From Bdellovibrionales bacterium (GTDB lineage: Bacteria > Bdellovibrionota > Bdellovibrionia > Bdellovibrionales > DASUEL01): a stretch of 64,000 nt of DNA. Each line of letters begins with the position of its first letter. The first letter of the stretch is position 1. The position numbers and the translations under genes were made by a program. Location of the stretch: the NCBI GenBank assembly GCA_050250255.1, contig JBFWOZ010000006.1, positions 30,887-94,886 on the forward strand. The letters run 5' to 3'. Shown piece by piece: positions 46,089 to 56,334 of this stretch. The notes beneath the pieces were generated by a model. It was not told the DNA's origin. It did no database searches and saw nothing but the letters and a program-made list of their open reading frames with translations.

Positions 46089-46418
46089 CTATCGTAGTTC
46101 AACCAGAACATTCGGAGGACGACGACGTTTTTTTAATCTTTCTGTCTTTAAGTGCCTCAGTTGTTTCATGAGCTTTGAGGTCGCGGATTCTATTGCCGTG
46201 TAGAGGTCAGGATTCAGTGCGCGACTGACAAGAGTTCGACCTCCAAAAGCATGAACCCTCATCGTAGCCGAGAAGAAATCGTGACCCGCCTTCGCTAAAT
46301 AAACAGAAACGTCGTCGATTCTCGGCATTTTCTGCGTCATCATCTCGACATTTTTTTCGACTGATTCTTCTATGGCGGGGGTGGGGGAAAAGTGTTCACA
46401 AACTAAGGATACAGACAT
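46089..46418 (-). CDS. HPF/RaiA-like ribosome-associated protein (divergent)
   Basis: HFSPTPAIEE...DLYTAIESATSKLMKQLRHLK. SD GGAGG. Confidence 0.78.
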   Translation of the reverse strand: MSVSLVCEHFSPTPAIEESVEKNVEMMTQKMPRIDDVSVYLAKAGHDFFSATMRVHAFGGRTLVSRALNPDLYTAIESATSKLMKQLRHLKTERLKKRRRPPNVLVELR

Positions 46419-46450
46419 TCTTACCTCCTCTGTCTTAACAAGTTTCTAAA

Positions 46451-46466
46451 TACAATATGGGTGCCA
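46451..46466 (-). promoter_or_regulatory. sigma54-like promoter
   Basis: Minus strand TGGCAC-CCATA-TTGTA (-12 element is GT instead of GC). Confidence 0.6.
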
Positions 46467-46616
46467 TTTTTTTAATGTAAAGTGGACTAGACCTCAATTG
46501 GGCGTTGCGGAAAGTGTATGAAAGAACAAAGAAAATTGGCGCAAAAAAAACTAATCAGATGTATTAATATTCGCTGCGAGTAATTTTGTCAAAAGCGGGC
46601 AAAAAAGGTTATTGAA

Positions 46617-48674
46617 ATGAAAACAGGAAATAAACTCACTCTCGAAAAAAGTCCATATCTTCTTCAGCACGCAAAAAATCCTGTCGACTGGTTGGCGTGG
46701 AACAAAGAGGCCTTTGAGGAGGCCCGGAAAAACGATAAGCCCATTTTTTTATCTATTGGATATTCTACGTGTCACTGGTGCCACGTTATGGAACATGAGT
46801 CTTTTGAGGACCCCACCGTCGCCGCTATGATGAACGAAGTGTTTGTGAACATCAAAGTGGATCGTGAAGAGCGACCTGATATCGACCACATTTACATGAC
46901 AGTTTGTCAGATGATGTCGGGACAAGGTGGCTGGCCTCTCACCATCTTTATGACCCCCGATATGAAACCTTTTTTTGCAGCCACCTACATTCCTAAAACG
47001 TCTCGTCATGGTCACATCGGCATGATCGATCTCATTCCGCGGATTCAAGATGTTTGGACCAATCGCCGCGAGGAGGTCTACCGAACAGCTGAGGGAATCA
47101 CGGCGGGGCTCTTGCGCTTGTCAGAAACTCCCACCATAGAAGAAGGCTTCTCTGCAAAGGATCTGCATGAAACTTTCGATATGCTTTCTCAGGGCTACGA
47201 TGAAACTTATGGAGGGTTTGGAGCCGCACCGAAATTTCCTACACCTAGTCATTTTCGTTTTCTTTTAAGGTACTGGAAACGCTTTCGATCAGAGCGCGCT
47301 TTGAATATGGTTACCAACAGCCTCACACAAATGAGACAAGGCGGAGTTTTTGATCACGTCGGCCTTGGCTTTCATCGATATTCTACGGATCGCGAATGGC
47401 TTACTCCGCATTTTGAAAAAATGCTTTATGATCAAGCCACCCTTCTCATGGCTTATACCGAAGCCTATCAAGCGACTAAAAATCCACTTTTTGAACAGAC
47501 CGCTCACGAAATTTGCGCTTATGTAAAACAAAAATTTCTTTCTCCAGAGGGAGCCTTTTACTCTGCAGAAGATGCGGACAGCGAGGGCGAAGAAGGAAAG
47601 TTTTATCTCTGGGAGCAAAAAGAGCTGCAGACGGTTTTAACCTCGGAAGAGTTTTCCTTTGTTAAAAAAAGTTTCAATATCCAAGAGTACGGAAACTTTG
47701 TCGAACATGGGGTTCAAAAACCCGGCAACATTCTCTCGCTGATTCCTGTTTGGAAGGAGTGGTCTCCGCAAGAGCAAGCCACCTTTAAAACAAAATGGGA
47801 GTCCATTCGGAAAAAATTAGAGAGCTTTCGAGAGAAAAGAATTTTTCCACACAAAGACGACAAGATCTTAACAGATTGGAACGCGTTGATGATCGGCGCA
47901 CTTGCTAAATCCGCTCGCGTCTTCAACAGACCTGATTATTCCGAAATGGCGCAGAAGGCACTTCAATTCTTAAACAGCCATCTCAAAAAGAAAACCTATT
48001 TACATCGTTATCGAGATGGGGAAGCGGCGATCATAAGTCCCGTTGATGATTACGCCTTTCTTCTTCATGCCCACATTGAACTCTACGAATCAGTCTTCGA
48101 CCCTTTACTTTTAGAAAACGCGCTTTTGGTAGCTCAAGAAATGATTGATCTTTTTTGGGATGAAAAAGATCTTGGCTTCTTTTTTACCTCCAAAAATGCA
48201 GAGGCCCTTTTGGTAAGAAAAAAAGAGCGCTATGACGGTGCCACTCCTGCAGGTCAGTCTGTGGCCATCGAAAGTCTTTCACGACTTTCAAAGCTCACCG
48301 GGCAGATGAGCTTTGATGAATATGCGCAAAAAGCACTGCAAAGTTCTGGAAATGAAATTCGTCGGTATCCTTCCGCTTACACCTATTTGATGTCGGCCTT
48401 GGATTTTACTTTTGGGCCGCCACAAGAGCTGGTCGTCACAGCTCAAGGGCTTTCTCAAGAGCTCAAACAGCACCTCTCCATCATTCAAAGAGAGTTTTTG
48501 CCACATTTGAGTCTGGTATTAAAAACGAAAGCATCGGATCCCTCTGCGGCATCCTCGTTCACGAGTGGTATGTCGATCACGGAGAGCTCCCTTTATTATA
48601 TCTGCGAAAACTTCACATGCGCTCAGCCGACTCAAGACTTTGATTCAGTTTTCAAACGTCTTTGCTCAAAATAA
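46617..48674 (+). CDS. YyaL/SSP411 thioredoxin-domain protein (DUF255)
   Basis: [52 protein letters not shown]. Confidence 0.95.
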   Translation: MKTGNKLTLEKSPYLLQHAKNPVDWLAWNKEAFEEARKNDKPIFLSIGYSTCHWCHVMEHESFEDPTVAAMMNEVFVNIKVDREERPDIDHIYMTVCQMMSGQGGWPLTIFMTPDMKPFFAATYIPKTSRHGHIGMIDLIPRIQDVWTNRREEVYRTAEGITAGLLRLSETPTIEEGFSAKDLHETFDMLSQGYDETYGGFGAAPKFPTPSHFRFLLRYWKRFRSERALNMVTNSLTQMRQGGVFDHVGLGFHRYSTDREWLTPHFEKMLYDQATLLMAYTEAYQATKNPLFEQTAHEICAYVKQKFLSPEGAFYSAEDADSEGEEGKFYLWEQKELQTVLTSEEFSFVKKSFNIQEYGNFVEHGVQKPGNILSLIPVWKEWSPQEQATFKTKWESIRKKLESFREKRIFPHKDDKILTDWNALMIGALAKSARVFNRPDYSEMAQKALQFLNSHLKKKTYLHRYRDGEAAIISPVDDYAFLLHAHIELYESVFDPLLLENALLVAQEMIDLFWDEKDLGFFFTSKNAEALLVRKKERYDGATPAGQSVAIESLSRLSKLTGQMSFDEYAQKALQSSGNEIRRYPSAYTYLMSALDFTFGPPQELVVTAQGLSQELKQHLSIIQREFLPHLSLVLKTKASDPSAASSFTSGMSITESSLYYICENFTCAQPTQDFDSVFKRLCSK

Positions 48675-48760
48675 AAAAGAGGTTGGCCTCCTTTTATGTT
48701 TCGCTGTCGGGCCTTGCCTATTTAGGAGTTGAGTTCTATCCTTAAAAGGTGGGAGCACCT

Positions 48761-49864
48761 ATGGCTAAAAAACGCGTGGCAATTTTATTTGGCGGCAAAT
48801 CCGCAGAACACGAAGTTTCCTTAATGTCGGCAAAAAGCATTTTTGAAAATATTGATAAATCAAAATATGATGTTTGCCTGATCGGCGTCGACAAAGAGGG
48901 ACACTGGGCTCTCCATGATGGCGCCAAAGCGCTTTTGAACGCACATGATCCTAAGCTTATTGCTCTGAATAAATCAAACCAAGCACTCACTTTAGATCCC
49001 GGTGCCGAAAACAAAGCTTTGATTGAAACTTCGAGTGGCAATTCTATCGGCAATGTGGATGTTGTTTTTTCGGTCATGCACGGAACGATCGGTGAAGATG
49101 GTTCTATGCAAGGACTACTTCGCACCGCCGGAATTGCCTTTGTAGGGCCAAGCGTTCTTTCTTCTGCGGTCGGAATGGACAAAGATGTTTCCAAAAGACT
49201 ACTTCGGGATGCCCAAATCCCGGTGGCGAAATTCATTACGCTTCATCGCCATCAGATCAGTCAAATTTCCTTTCAAAGCGTCTCTCAAGAGTTAGGATTA
49301 CCACTCTTTATTAAACCCGCCAACACGGGTTCTTCCGTTGGTATTCACAAAGTGAAATCAGAAAAAGATTTTGATTTCGCCATCAGTGACGCATTTAAAT
49401 ACGATACAAAAATTCTTATCGAAGAGTTCATTAAGGGCCGTGAGATAGAAATTTCTGTTTTAGGAAACGAAAATCCCATCGCATCTTTGCCAGGCGAGGT
49501 CATCCCCCATCATGACTTTTATTCTTACGAGGCGAAGTATATTGATGAAAATGGCGCCGTCATCGAAATTCCGGCAAAGCTTGATAAGGCCACAATTAAA
49601 AGAGTGCAAGAACTCGCCATTAAAACTTTCACCACTCTTTGTTGTGAAGGTCTCGCACGAGTGGATTTTTTCCTGACGGAATCAGGTGAACTCTATCTTA
49701 ACGAGATCAATACCTTGCCGGGCTTTACCAAAATCAGCATGTATCCTAAAATGTGGGATGCTTCGGGGATTGGTTATTCGGAGCTTATTGATAAGTTGAT
49801 CCAACTAGCGCTTGAGCGGCATGAGCGAGATAAAAACATCAAAACTCACTACACACCACAATAG
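48761..49864 (+). CDS. ddl: D-alanine--D-alanine ligase
   Basis: GGKSAEHEVS, HGTIGEDG, KPANTGSSVG, YSYEAKY, NEINTLPGFT. Confidence 0.96.
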   Translation: MAKKRVAILFGGKSAEHEVSLMSAKSIFENIDKSKYDVCLIGVDKEGHWALHDGAKALLNAHDPKLIALNKSNQALTLDPGAENKALIETSSGNSIGNVDVVFSVMHGTIGEDGSMQGLLRTAGIAFVGPSVLSSAVGMDKDVSKRLLRDAQIPVAKFITLHRHQISQISFQSVSQELGLPLFIKPANTGSSVGIHKVKSEKDFDFAISDAFKYDTKILIEEFIKGREIEISVLGNENPIASLPGEVIPHHDFYSYEAKYIDENGAVIEIPAKLDKATIKRVQELAIKTFTTLCCEGLARVDFFLTESGELYLNEINTLPGFTKISMYPKMWDASGIGYSELIDKLIQLALERHERDKNIKTHYTPQ

Positions 49865-50986
49865 TTAGGACGCTAAGAAGTCTTCAATTTCAGTTTTGCG
49901 AACCATGGCGTCTTTATACCCGAGCTCGGCTAAACGGCTGCAGAACGTGGGATCAAAGAGCAAATAACTAATTAAACCCGAAGCTTGTTCGAGAGGGCCT
50001 AGGCCCTTAAGAAGGTATCGTATGACGCGCGGAAGGCGCCATGTTTCTCCCTGAGCCATTTTTCCAATATCCTCAGAGGGGCTTATCCAAATGAAGTTTA
50101 CAGGCCTTAACGAAAGACTTTTACGTTTCTCCTCTGGAACATGAGAAAGCGTTTTGTTCACACGATTCATGCGTTCAATATCCCAATCGACTCCATCGAG
50201 GAGAATGGCGTTCAGCACGACGCTGATCACGCGACCCACGCTGGGACGATCTACATTCGTCGTGAGAATTTCACTGGTCGGTGGCTGTTTTCTCACGCCA
50301 ACGATAAAAAGTTTTTCAGCTCCCAGATGAATCGCGGGACTTAAAGGAGCCGTGTTTCGCAAACAACCATCTCCAAAATATCGACCATCGATGTTCACGG
50401 GCGGAAAGAAAATCGGAATCGCACAAGATCCGAGCACATGCTCCACACGAATTTTTGTATCTTCGCTCTTTCGTAGCTGACGATCCCACATCTCCATAGG
50501 CGCCTTACCTTGCACAAATGTGATGGAATTCGAGGATGTATAATCCGTGGCTGTCACCGAAAGCGCACGCAAATGTTCTGCATCAAGATTTTTTTGAATT
50601 TGGTCATAATCGATATGGCTCTGGAGAAGATGATGAAGCGGCTTCGTATTCATCAGAGCTTTTGCAAAGTGAGAGCCTCGAAGTGGCGCCATCATGAAGT
50701 CGAGAGCAAATTTTGCTCCTACATTTCCCATAGAGATCACGTCCGACTGGAAAACATCTGAGAATTTAACGTTCTGCCAGAGATCTAAAAGTTTTTCGGC
50801 ACCCCTAACGGGGTCATGGCATTGCGAAGCCCAGAAGGTGGCATTGATGGAGCCAGCACTCACGCCTGTCACAATTTCAAATGGATTTTTCTTTTCCCAA
50901 GTTCCTGAAATTTCAGAAACTGCTTTTAGCACACCCGCTTGATAAGCCCCGCGCGCACCACCACCCGTCAACACCATTGCTCTCAT
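49865..50986 (-). CDS. Patatin-like phospholipase
   Basis: GGGARGAYQAG, GVSAG, DG motif. Confidence 0.92.
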   Translation of the reverse strand: MRAMVLTGGGARGAYQAGVLKAVSEISGTWEKKNPFEIVTGVSAGSINATFWASQCHDPVRGAEKLLDLWQNVKFSDVFQSDVISMGNVGAKFALDFMMAPLRGSHFAKALMNTKPLHHLLQSHIDYDQIQKNLDAEHLRALSVTATDYTSSNSITFVQGKAPMEMWDRQLRKSEDTKIRVEHVLGSCAIPIFFPPVNIDGRYFGDGCLRNTAPLSPAIHLGAEKLFIVGVRKQPPTSEILTTNVDRPSVGRVISVVLNAILLDGVDWDIERMNRVNKTLSHVPEEKRKSLSLRPVNFIWISPSEDIGKMAQGETWRLPRVIRYLLKGLGPLEQASGLISYLLFDPTFCSRLAELGYKDAMVRKTEIEDFLAS

Positions 50987-51121
50987 ATACTTTATGATCC
51001 TGCTCTTTCGTGAGCCTGTCTATTTACCTAACGTCGCCTCGACTCATGTCGGGTAGAACTCGACTTGTGACAACCCTGGAGGTTAGAGACAATAGAGATA
51101 GATATTTTCCTCGGAGGGAAA

Positions 51122-51487
51122 ATGAGCACAATTTCAAAAAATCTCCCAGCAAAGACTACCATCACAAAAGATACGTTGAGTAAAAAGCCAGAAGAAAAAG
51201 CGACCTATAAAAAAGCGGGCGCTACTGCAGGAAAAGAAGCCAATTCCACAAAGGCCAAAGCGCCCAAGATGAGTGCCTCTGAAGAGATGGCGATGTTTAA
51301 AGCCGCCATTGTCGACATCGATAAGCCGGTAAAGGACGATCCTGCTCTCGCCAACATGGCCTCTCCCACCTACAGCCCAAAGGAACTTCGAGCCAAAGCG
51401 GCCATATTTATGGCAAGCAGCAAAGCCACTCCCGAAGAAAAGGCTCTTTTGGCCTCGACCTTAAAAGAAAAAAAGGTTGAGAAGTAG
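51122..51487 (+). CDS. Hypothetical Lys/Ala-rich protein
   Basis: SD GGAGG, basic low-complexity sequence. Confidence 0.65.
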   Translation: MSTISKNLPAKTTITKDTLSKKPEEKATYKKAGATAGKEANSTKAKAPKMSASEEMAMFKAAIVDIDKPVKDDPALANMASPTYSPKELRAKAAIFMASSKATPEEKALLASTLKEKKVEK

Positions 51488-51551
51488 ACCTACAGACTTA
51501 GCGCAACGCAACCTGCGTGCGTTTCCTCGTCTTCATGATAAGTCTATAGTG

Positions 51552-51920
51552 ATGAAGACGGATCCTTTACAAGATATTCAAGAGCTCAAAGAGTTGATTC
51601 GAGACTTTTGCGAAAAAAGAGATTGGGATCAATTTCATTCTCCTAAGGATCTTGCCATCGGACTTGCCACAGAGTCTGCAGAACTTCTTGAGCTTTTTCG
51701 CTTCAAATCCAATGAAGAAATTGAACGCCTTGTGAGCACCGAGCCCGGCCGCACCAAGGTGGCCGAGGAGCTTGCTGATGTATTTTATTTTCTTCTTCGC
51801 TTTGGACAGAAATATCAATTTGATCTCACGACAGAGCTTGTAAAAAAGCTCGAAATTAATGACAAAAAATATCCGGTCGACAAAGCACGCGGTTCAAACA
51901 AAAAATATAACGAACTCTAG
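51552..51920 (+). CDS. MazG-like nucleotide pyrophosphohydrolase
   Basis: RDWDQFHSPKDLA, ESAELLE, EELADV, KYPVDKA. Confidence 0.92.
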   Translation: MKTDPLQDIQELKELIRDFCEKRDWDQFHSPKDLAIGLATESAELLELFRFKSNEEIERLVSTEPGRTKVAEELADVFYFLLRFGQKYQFDLTTELVKKLEINDKKYPVDKARGSNKKYNEL

Positions 51921-51928
51921 AGGGAAAT

Positions 51929-52222
51929 ATGGCTAAAAAGTATAGTAAAGAACAAATTGAAGAAGCTCTTCCAGACTATAAAGGTTGGTCGATCAATCCC
52001 AATGATCAAATTGAAAAGACCTACGAGTTTAAAACTTTTGCATCTGCCATTCTCTTTGTGAATGCCGTGGCTCAGCGATCAGAAATGCTTAACCACCATC
52101 CCGACATTCTTGTTCTCTTTAATAAAGTGACTCTTTCTCTCAGCACGCACGATGCCGGTGGCGTTACCGAAAAAGATTTTGAGCTCGCTCAAGAGACTGA
52201 CTCCCTCATCGCTAAACCTTGA
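51929..52222 (+). CDS. phhB: Pterin-4-alpha-carbinolamine dehydratase
   Basis: NHHPD...V...LSTHDAGGVTEKDFELA. Confidence 0.92.
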   Translation: MAKKYSKEQIEEALPDYKGWSINPNDQIEKTYEFKTFASAILFVNAVAQRSEMLNHHPDILVLFNKVTLSLSTHDAGGVTEKDFELAQETDSLIAKP

Positions 52223-52225
52223 CAA

Positions 52226-52293
52226 GTCATCCTGAGCGCAACGAAGGACCTCGTCTTATTTAACACCAGATCCTTCGCTTCGCTCAGGGTGAC
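52226..52293. repeat. REP-like (CGTC/GTC-tagged) palindromic doublet
   Basis: GTCATCCTGAGCGCAACGAAGGACCT-N16-AGATCCTTCGCTTCGCTCAGGGTGAC. Confidence 0.8.
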
Positions 52294-52415
52294 AAGCTTC
52301 TGTATGTAATAAAAGGCTAGCGGAGTCCAGAAAAGGAGTGGCATATTGGCAACCCAACATGGGAGAAGTACGCACGGATGTGTCCGCACTTTTTTCAAAT
52401 CATATCACTAAAATG

Positions 52416-52847
52416 TTATTTTAGTTTTAACAAGATACGTCTTTTAGGATTAAATTGAACCCGCCCATCGGCAAAGTTTCGCTTTACTTCTTCAACAAGA
52501 AGATTGTTTTCAAAAAAGAAAGACTGACTTGTTTTGTATGAAAGACCATCATGGGATGTCTGCCAATTGAAGTTCATTTTTTGACCAGTCCAATTCGTCT
52601 TAAAAGTAGCATAACCGTCTAAAATTGGACGACCCTGTTCATCAGCCATTGAAATACTAACTTGTTCACACCCATCTTGTAGAATCACCTTGTGTTCAGA
52701 ATATTGTACTGTCTCTACAGGTGAATTTTCCTGATACTGAATTTGAATCACTCTATAATGACCGCTTAGATTAGGACAGGAATCTGCCTTTGATTGATAA
52801 GATGCCACAAGCAGCACACACAAACTAAACACAGACATTTTAATCAT
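52416..52847 (-). CDS. Hypothetical secreted beta-rich protein
   Basis: Signal peptide, then CPNLSGHY. SD AAGGAG. Confidence 0.75.
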   Translation of the reverse strand: MIKMSVFSLCVLLVASYQSKADSCPNLSGHYRVIQIQYQENSPVETVQYSEHKVILQDGCEQVSISMADEQGRPILDGYATFKTNWTGQKMNFNWQTSHDGLSYKTSQSFFFENNLLVEEVKRNFADGRVQFNPKRRILLKLK

Positions 52848-52874
52848 AAAGGCTCCTTCATTGCTCTGACCTTG

Positions 52875-52890
52875 AGCAAAATCGGTGCCT
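52875..52890 (-). promoter_or_regulatory. sigma54 promoter
   Basis: Minus strand AGGCAC-CGATT-TTGCT. Confidence 0.75.
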
Positions 52891-53283
52891 AATATAAACT
52901 AACCTGTAGAGCATAAATAGGTTCTGCCGATTTGCAATGCCGCTTTTTGTTACTATCAATGGTTTAAACACGTAACCGGCCACTGGCTTTACGAATATAA
53001 AACCAAATGATTGCTGGTCATTATTTACTACGAAATATGCCGACATACCGAGCAATTTAAAAAACAATTTGACGTATTTCGAGGTCTTTAAAGTTTCGTT
53101 TAATTGATTGGTTTGTAAGTTTCTTTTGTTTTGGTCTGCTTCGAAAAATAATACAACATAGACGTATTATTTAAGTTTAAACATAATCTTTGTAGAGGCA
53201 TTGCCTTATTTCACTTTTCATAAAAGCGCGATTTTAAAATCATGTGGTATGGTTCTTTCACCTTTTCACCCAAAGGAGAAGCC

Positions 53284-54087
53284 ATGACGAAACATATGCA
53301 GATTCACGAAAAAGCTCTCGAGGTCGCGGGCCGTTTTCGAAGAGCTGAGAGCGACTTGATTGAAATTCTTCAGCAAGTAGACGAGCATAGAGTCTACCTT
53401 AAACTCCACTGCAAAAGTCTCTATGACTATGCAACGACGGTTCTTAAATTGAGCGACAACGTAGCGTACAACTTTATCACGGTCGCGCGAAAAGCAAAGG
53501 AAGTGCCTAAGATGAAACAAGAGATTCAGTCAGGAAATCTTACGGTCTCCAAGGCAAGAAAGATTTCGTCCGTTATCACTCCGTCCAATCAGGATCAGTG
53601 GCTCAAAATGGCCATCGAACTTCCTCAAAAGAAGCTCGAACAACAAGTCGCGAAAGTTTCCCCAAGAGAAGCGACGCCTGAGCGCATAAAGTTCGTGAGC
53701 GAAGATCGACTAAACCTTCAAATGGGGATTTCGGAAAGGCTTCAACATAAACTCAAAAGAGCACAGGAGTTAGAATCGCAGCGTCAGAAAAAGCATGTAA
53801 GTCTTGAAGAGACATTGGAAGCGATGCTTGATCTGTATTTAGAGAAGAAAGATCCAGTCCCAAAGGCCGAAAAGCTACAGCATCGCGCCAATTTTCCCGT
53901 CTTGCGACGAGTTCAACTGCGGGATCAAGGACAGTGTACCCATCGCAATCATCAAGGCGAGCGTTGCTCAGAAAGAAAATGGATTGATACCCATCACATA
54001 GTTCCAAAAAGCAAAGGCGGACAAGACACTTTCGAGAATCTCACCACTTTATGTAAAGGCCATCATCGGCTAGAGCATTCGCATTAA
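53284..54087 (+). CDS. HNH endonuclease with N-terminal helical (DUF222-like) region
   Basis: RDQGQC...C...HHIVPKSKGGQDTFENLTTLCKGHH. SD AAGGAG. Sigma54-like TGGTAT-GGTTC-TTTCA at 53245-53260. Confidence 0.88.
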   Translation: MTKHMQIHEKALEVAGRFRRAESDLIEILQQVDEHRVYLKLHCKSLYDYATTVLKLSDNVAYNFITVARKAKEVPKMKQEIQSGNLTVSKARKISSVITPSNQDQWLKMAIELPQKKLEQQVAKVSPREATPERIKFVSEDRLNLQMGISERLQHKLKRAQELESQRQKKHVSLEETLEAMLDLYLEKKDPVPKAEKLQHRANFPVLRRVQLRDQGQCTHRNHQGERCSERKWIDTHHIVPKSKGGQDTFENLTTLCKGHHRLEHSH

Positions 54088-54116
54088 AAGACTTAAGCGT
54101 TGTAAGGGACAATAGA

Positions 54117-54193
54117 ACTTTTGAATGCTTGGGCCCGAAGGGCCTGAGCTCATGGATGAGCGAACATTCAAAAGTCACAAGCATGGATGCTTG
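54117..54193. other. Structured non-coding element (three-way junction plus hairpin)
   Basis: ACTTTTGAATG/CATTCAAAAGT stem encloses GGCCC-GAA-GGGCC and GCTCAT-GG-ATGAGC, followed by CAAGCAT-GG-ATGCTTG. Confidence 0.65.
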
Positions 54194-54325
54194 ACCCGTG
54201 AGCCACTTATTTAGAACATGCACAGTTCAAAAAGTACCTACGCACTTTTAGTTAGTGCGGCGATGTCTCAGATCAAGAAAAGCGTTTCAAAACGAATCAC
54301 TTTTTTGAGAATTATCAGTAAGACC

Positions 54326-54353
54326 TAAGGCTTTTCCCAAAATCTTCCGAATA
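54326..54353 (+). promoter_or_regulatory. Possible sigma28 promoter for the PilZ gene
   Basis: TAAG-N16-TCCGAATA. Confidence 0.4.
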
Positions 54354-54380
54354 TTATGAGGGTTATTATAGGGGGATTTC

Positions 54381-54800
54381 ATGCAAAGCCAGACTACTCC
54401 ATCTATTCATATCCCATTACAGTTTGTAGTGGAATATCGCTATAGTTACGCGAGAGAATCTGACACTGGTCTTTTAAAGAATATCAGCCTCAGCGGAGCC
54501 TTCATTGAATCACACAGCCATAGATTTCATCCGAATGACAAGATAAAGCTCACATTTAAAGTTGGTGGTCGCACACGACAAATTCAAGCGCAAGTCGTGT
54601 GGGTGCATCACGGTGGGGCCGGTGTACAGTTTTCTCATGTGAACAATCAAGATAAGCAGATCGTCGACGATCTCATGTATTTCGTAGAGTCTCGCAGAAA
54701 CTCTCGACGAAATGTTTTAAATTCTATTTTTTCTAAAGTAGAGGACGAGAGTACCGTCGAGAATGTTGATTCTGATGAAAGCTTCGACGACGCAGCTTAA
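54381..54800 (+). CDS. PilZ-domain protein (RxxxR motif not evident)
   Basis: NISLSGAFI, QVVW, GAGVQF. Confidence 0.85.
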   Translation: MQSQTTPSIHIPLQFVVEYRYSYARESDTGLLKNISLSGAFIESHSHRFHPNDKIKLTFKVGGRTRQIQAQVVWVHHGGAGVQFSHVNNQDKQIVDDLMYFVESRRNSRRNVLNSIFSKVEDESTVENVDSDESFDDAA

Positions 54801-54827
54801 TCGAATGATTCATCACTGACGTCTCAA

Positions 54828-56138
54828 TTAAACTTGAGTTTGACCGAGCTTCATCTTTCTCGAACGACCCTTCTTAATAATGAAGGACGTGAGTAAGATC
54901 GCTGTAAAAAACGTAACAATTCCTATTCCGATCGCCATCGTTGTTTGCTCGTCTTCAATCATGAATGGACTTGAAGAGGCATCTTTCTTCCTCGCCACTG
55001 GTGGTGGAGGAGGAGGCGCATTCATATCAGATGCTGGTGGCGGAAGAGGCATGTCCACTGTTCCTGCCGCCGCATTCGGATCTGTTGGTGGAGGTGTCTG
55101 TGCCATGTCCATCGGCGGTGGCGGAGGAAGTTCTGGTGGAGGATCCATTGGTGGCGGCGGTGGCACTTCAGCAACAGGTGGTGATATCTCCATAGCGGGA
55201 GGCGCAACGTCTGAACCTTCAGGCCAGTATCTTAATTCTGTTCCTGCCGCGAGAGCACCCTTTGATTCCACGTTTGGATTTGTAGCCCAAACCTCTTTCC
55301 AAGCTTCACCAAATCCCAAAAGTTTTTTAGAAATACTTCGAATGTTTTCGCCAGGAGCTGCCGTGTAGCTTTGTGCCGGAATGCCCTTGTCTTCGTAGTA
55401 GGTCATCATCGTCGAAGAATCGTCGGGTCTTAGTGGAGAGTTGTAATAAATTTTATCGCCGGGCTTTACTCCACGACTCAAAAATCCGTTGTCCGCCTTT
55501 AATTGCTTTGTTTTGTTAGATCCAAAGAGTTTTTGGCTGACACTTTTAAGAGTGTCCCCTTTTCTCGCAACATAAACCGTGTTGAGAATGCGTCCGTTAG
55601 AAGTAAATGGAGCATCTTTTATTTTTTTAAGACTTGCTTGAGGTATCGGCGCAGGCTCTTCCATCGGAACTGGCTCTTCGGCAGGAGGCTCTGTTGCGGC
55701 CATGTCAGAAAATGTGTTTTGATCTGCCGCAGACTCTTCAACTGGAGGTGCCACCTCCGCTGTTTGATCTGTCGGTGCCACAGCATCCATCGGTGTTGCC
55801 TCTTCTCCAAGTGGCTGCTCTGGAAGATCCGCAGGTTGATCTTTCGCCATATCATCACCGAGATCCGCAACGATATCATCAGCCGGCGGCTGTTCACCAG
55901 CTAGAGCTTCTTCTGGAGACGCGCTCGATGTCATAGCCTCTGACGACTCTGGATTAGAAGATCCATCATCCGCAAGTTCAGAAGATTCTAATTCATCAGT
56001 CGTTGCTGCTGCAGCTTGCTCCTTATTGTCACTGGATGTACAGCCCGTGCTCATCACCACAAGTGTGACAAAACTAAGCAGGGTGACTAGCTTGAACCAT
56101 AAATTAAACTTATTTTGATTTGTGAAGTTCCATCCCAT
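54828..56138 (-). CDS. LysM-like envelope protein with lipobox-like Cys, acidic and Pro-rich linkers and C-terminal TM
   Basis: STGC, YVARKGDTLKSVS, YTAAPGENIRSIS...WKEVWATNP, PPPPPMD repeats, TM followed by a basic tail. Start could be 56159. Confidence 0.8.
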   Translation of the reverse strand: MGWNFTNQNKFNLWFKLVTLLSFVTLVVMSTGCTSSDNKEQAAAATTDELESSELADDGSSNPESSEAMTSSASPEEALAGEQPPADDIVADLGDDMAKDQPADLPEQPLGEEATPMDAVAPTDQTAEVAPPVEESAADQNTFSDMAATEPPAEEPVPMEEPAPIPQASLKKIKDAPFTSNGRILNTVYVARKGDTLKSVSQKLFGSNKTKQLKADNGFLSRGVKPGDKIYYNSPLRPDDSSTMMTYYEDKGIPAQSYTAAPGENIRSISKKLLGFGEAWKEVWATNPNVESKGALAAGTELRYWPEGSDVAPPAMEISPPVAEVPPPPPMDPPPELPPPPPMDMAQTPPPTDPNAAAGTVDMPLPPPASDMNAPPPPPPVARKKDASSSPFMIEDEQTTMAIGIGIVTFFTAILLTSFIIKKGRSRKMKLGQTQV

Positions 56139-56334
56139 GTGCGCAATCCTTTGCTGCATTTATCAAAATCGCTAAATGACCAATCTCTTCCAATCATTAC
56201 ATCACAAAAGACGGGTCGCAGAAAATGAAATAATGCCTCGGGGTTCCCTTTGTCTGGCTGGACCAAAACCCAGGACACCTCTTAATCATACCGGAATCCG
56301 GGTATTCCAGTTAACCAGAATACATGGATCCCTG

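Noticed and set aside
52189..52398. 69-aa minus-strand ORF
   Set aside because: Largely a translation of the REP-like palindrome (VTLSEAKDL...RSFVALRMT).
52858..53184. AT-rich ORF or possible pseudogene
   Set aside because: No recognisable motif, and it runs across the neighbouring sigma54 promoter. Probably chance.
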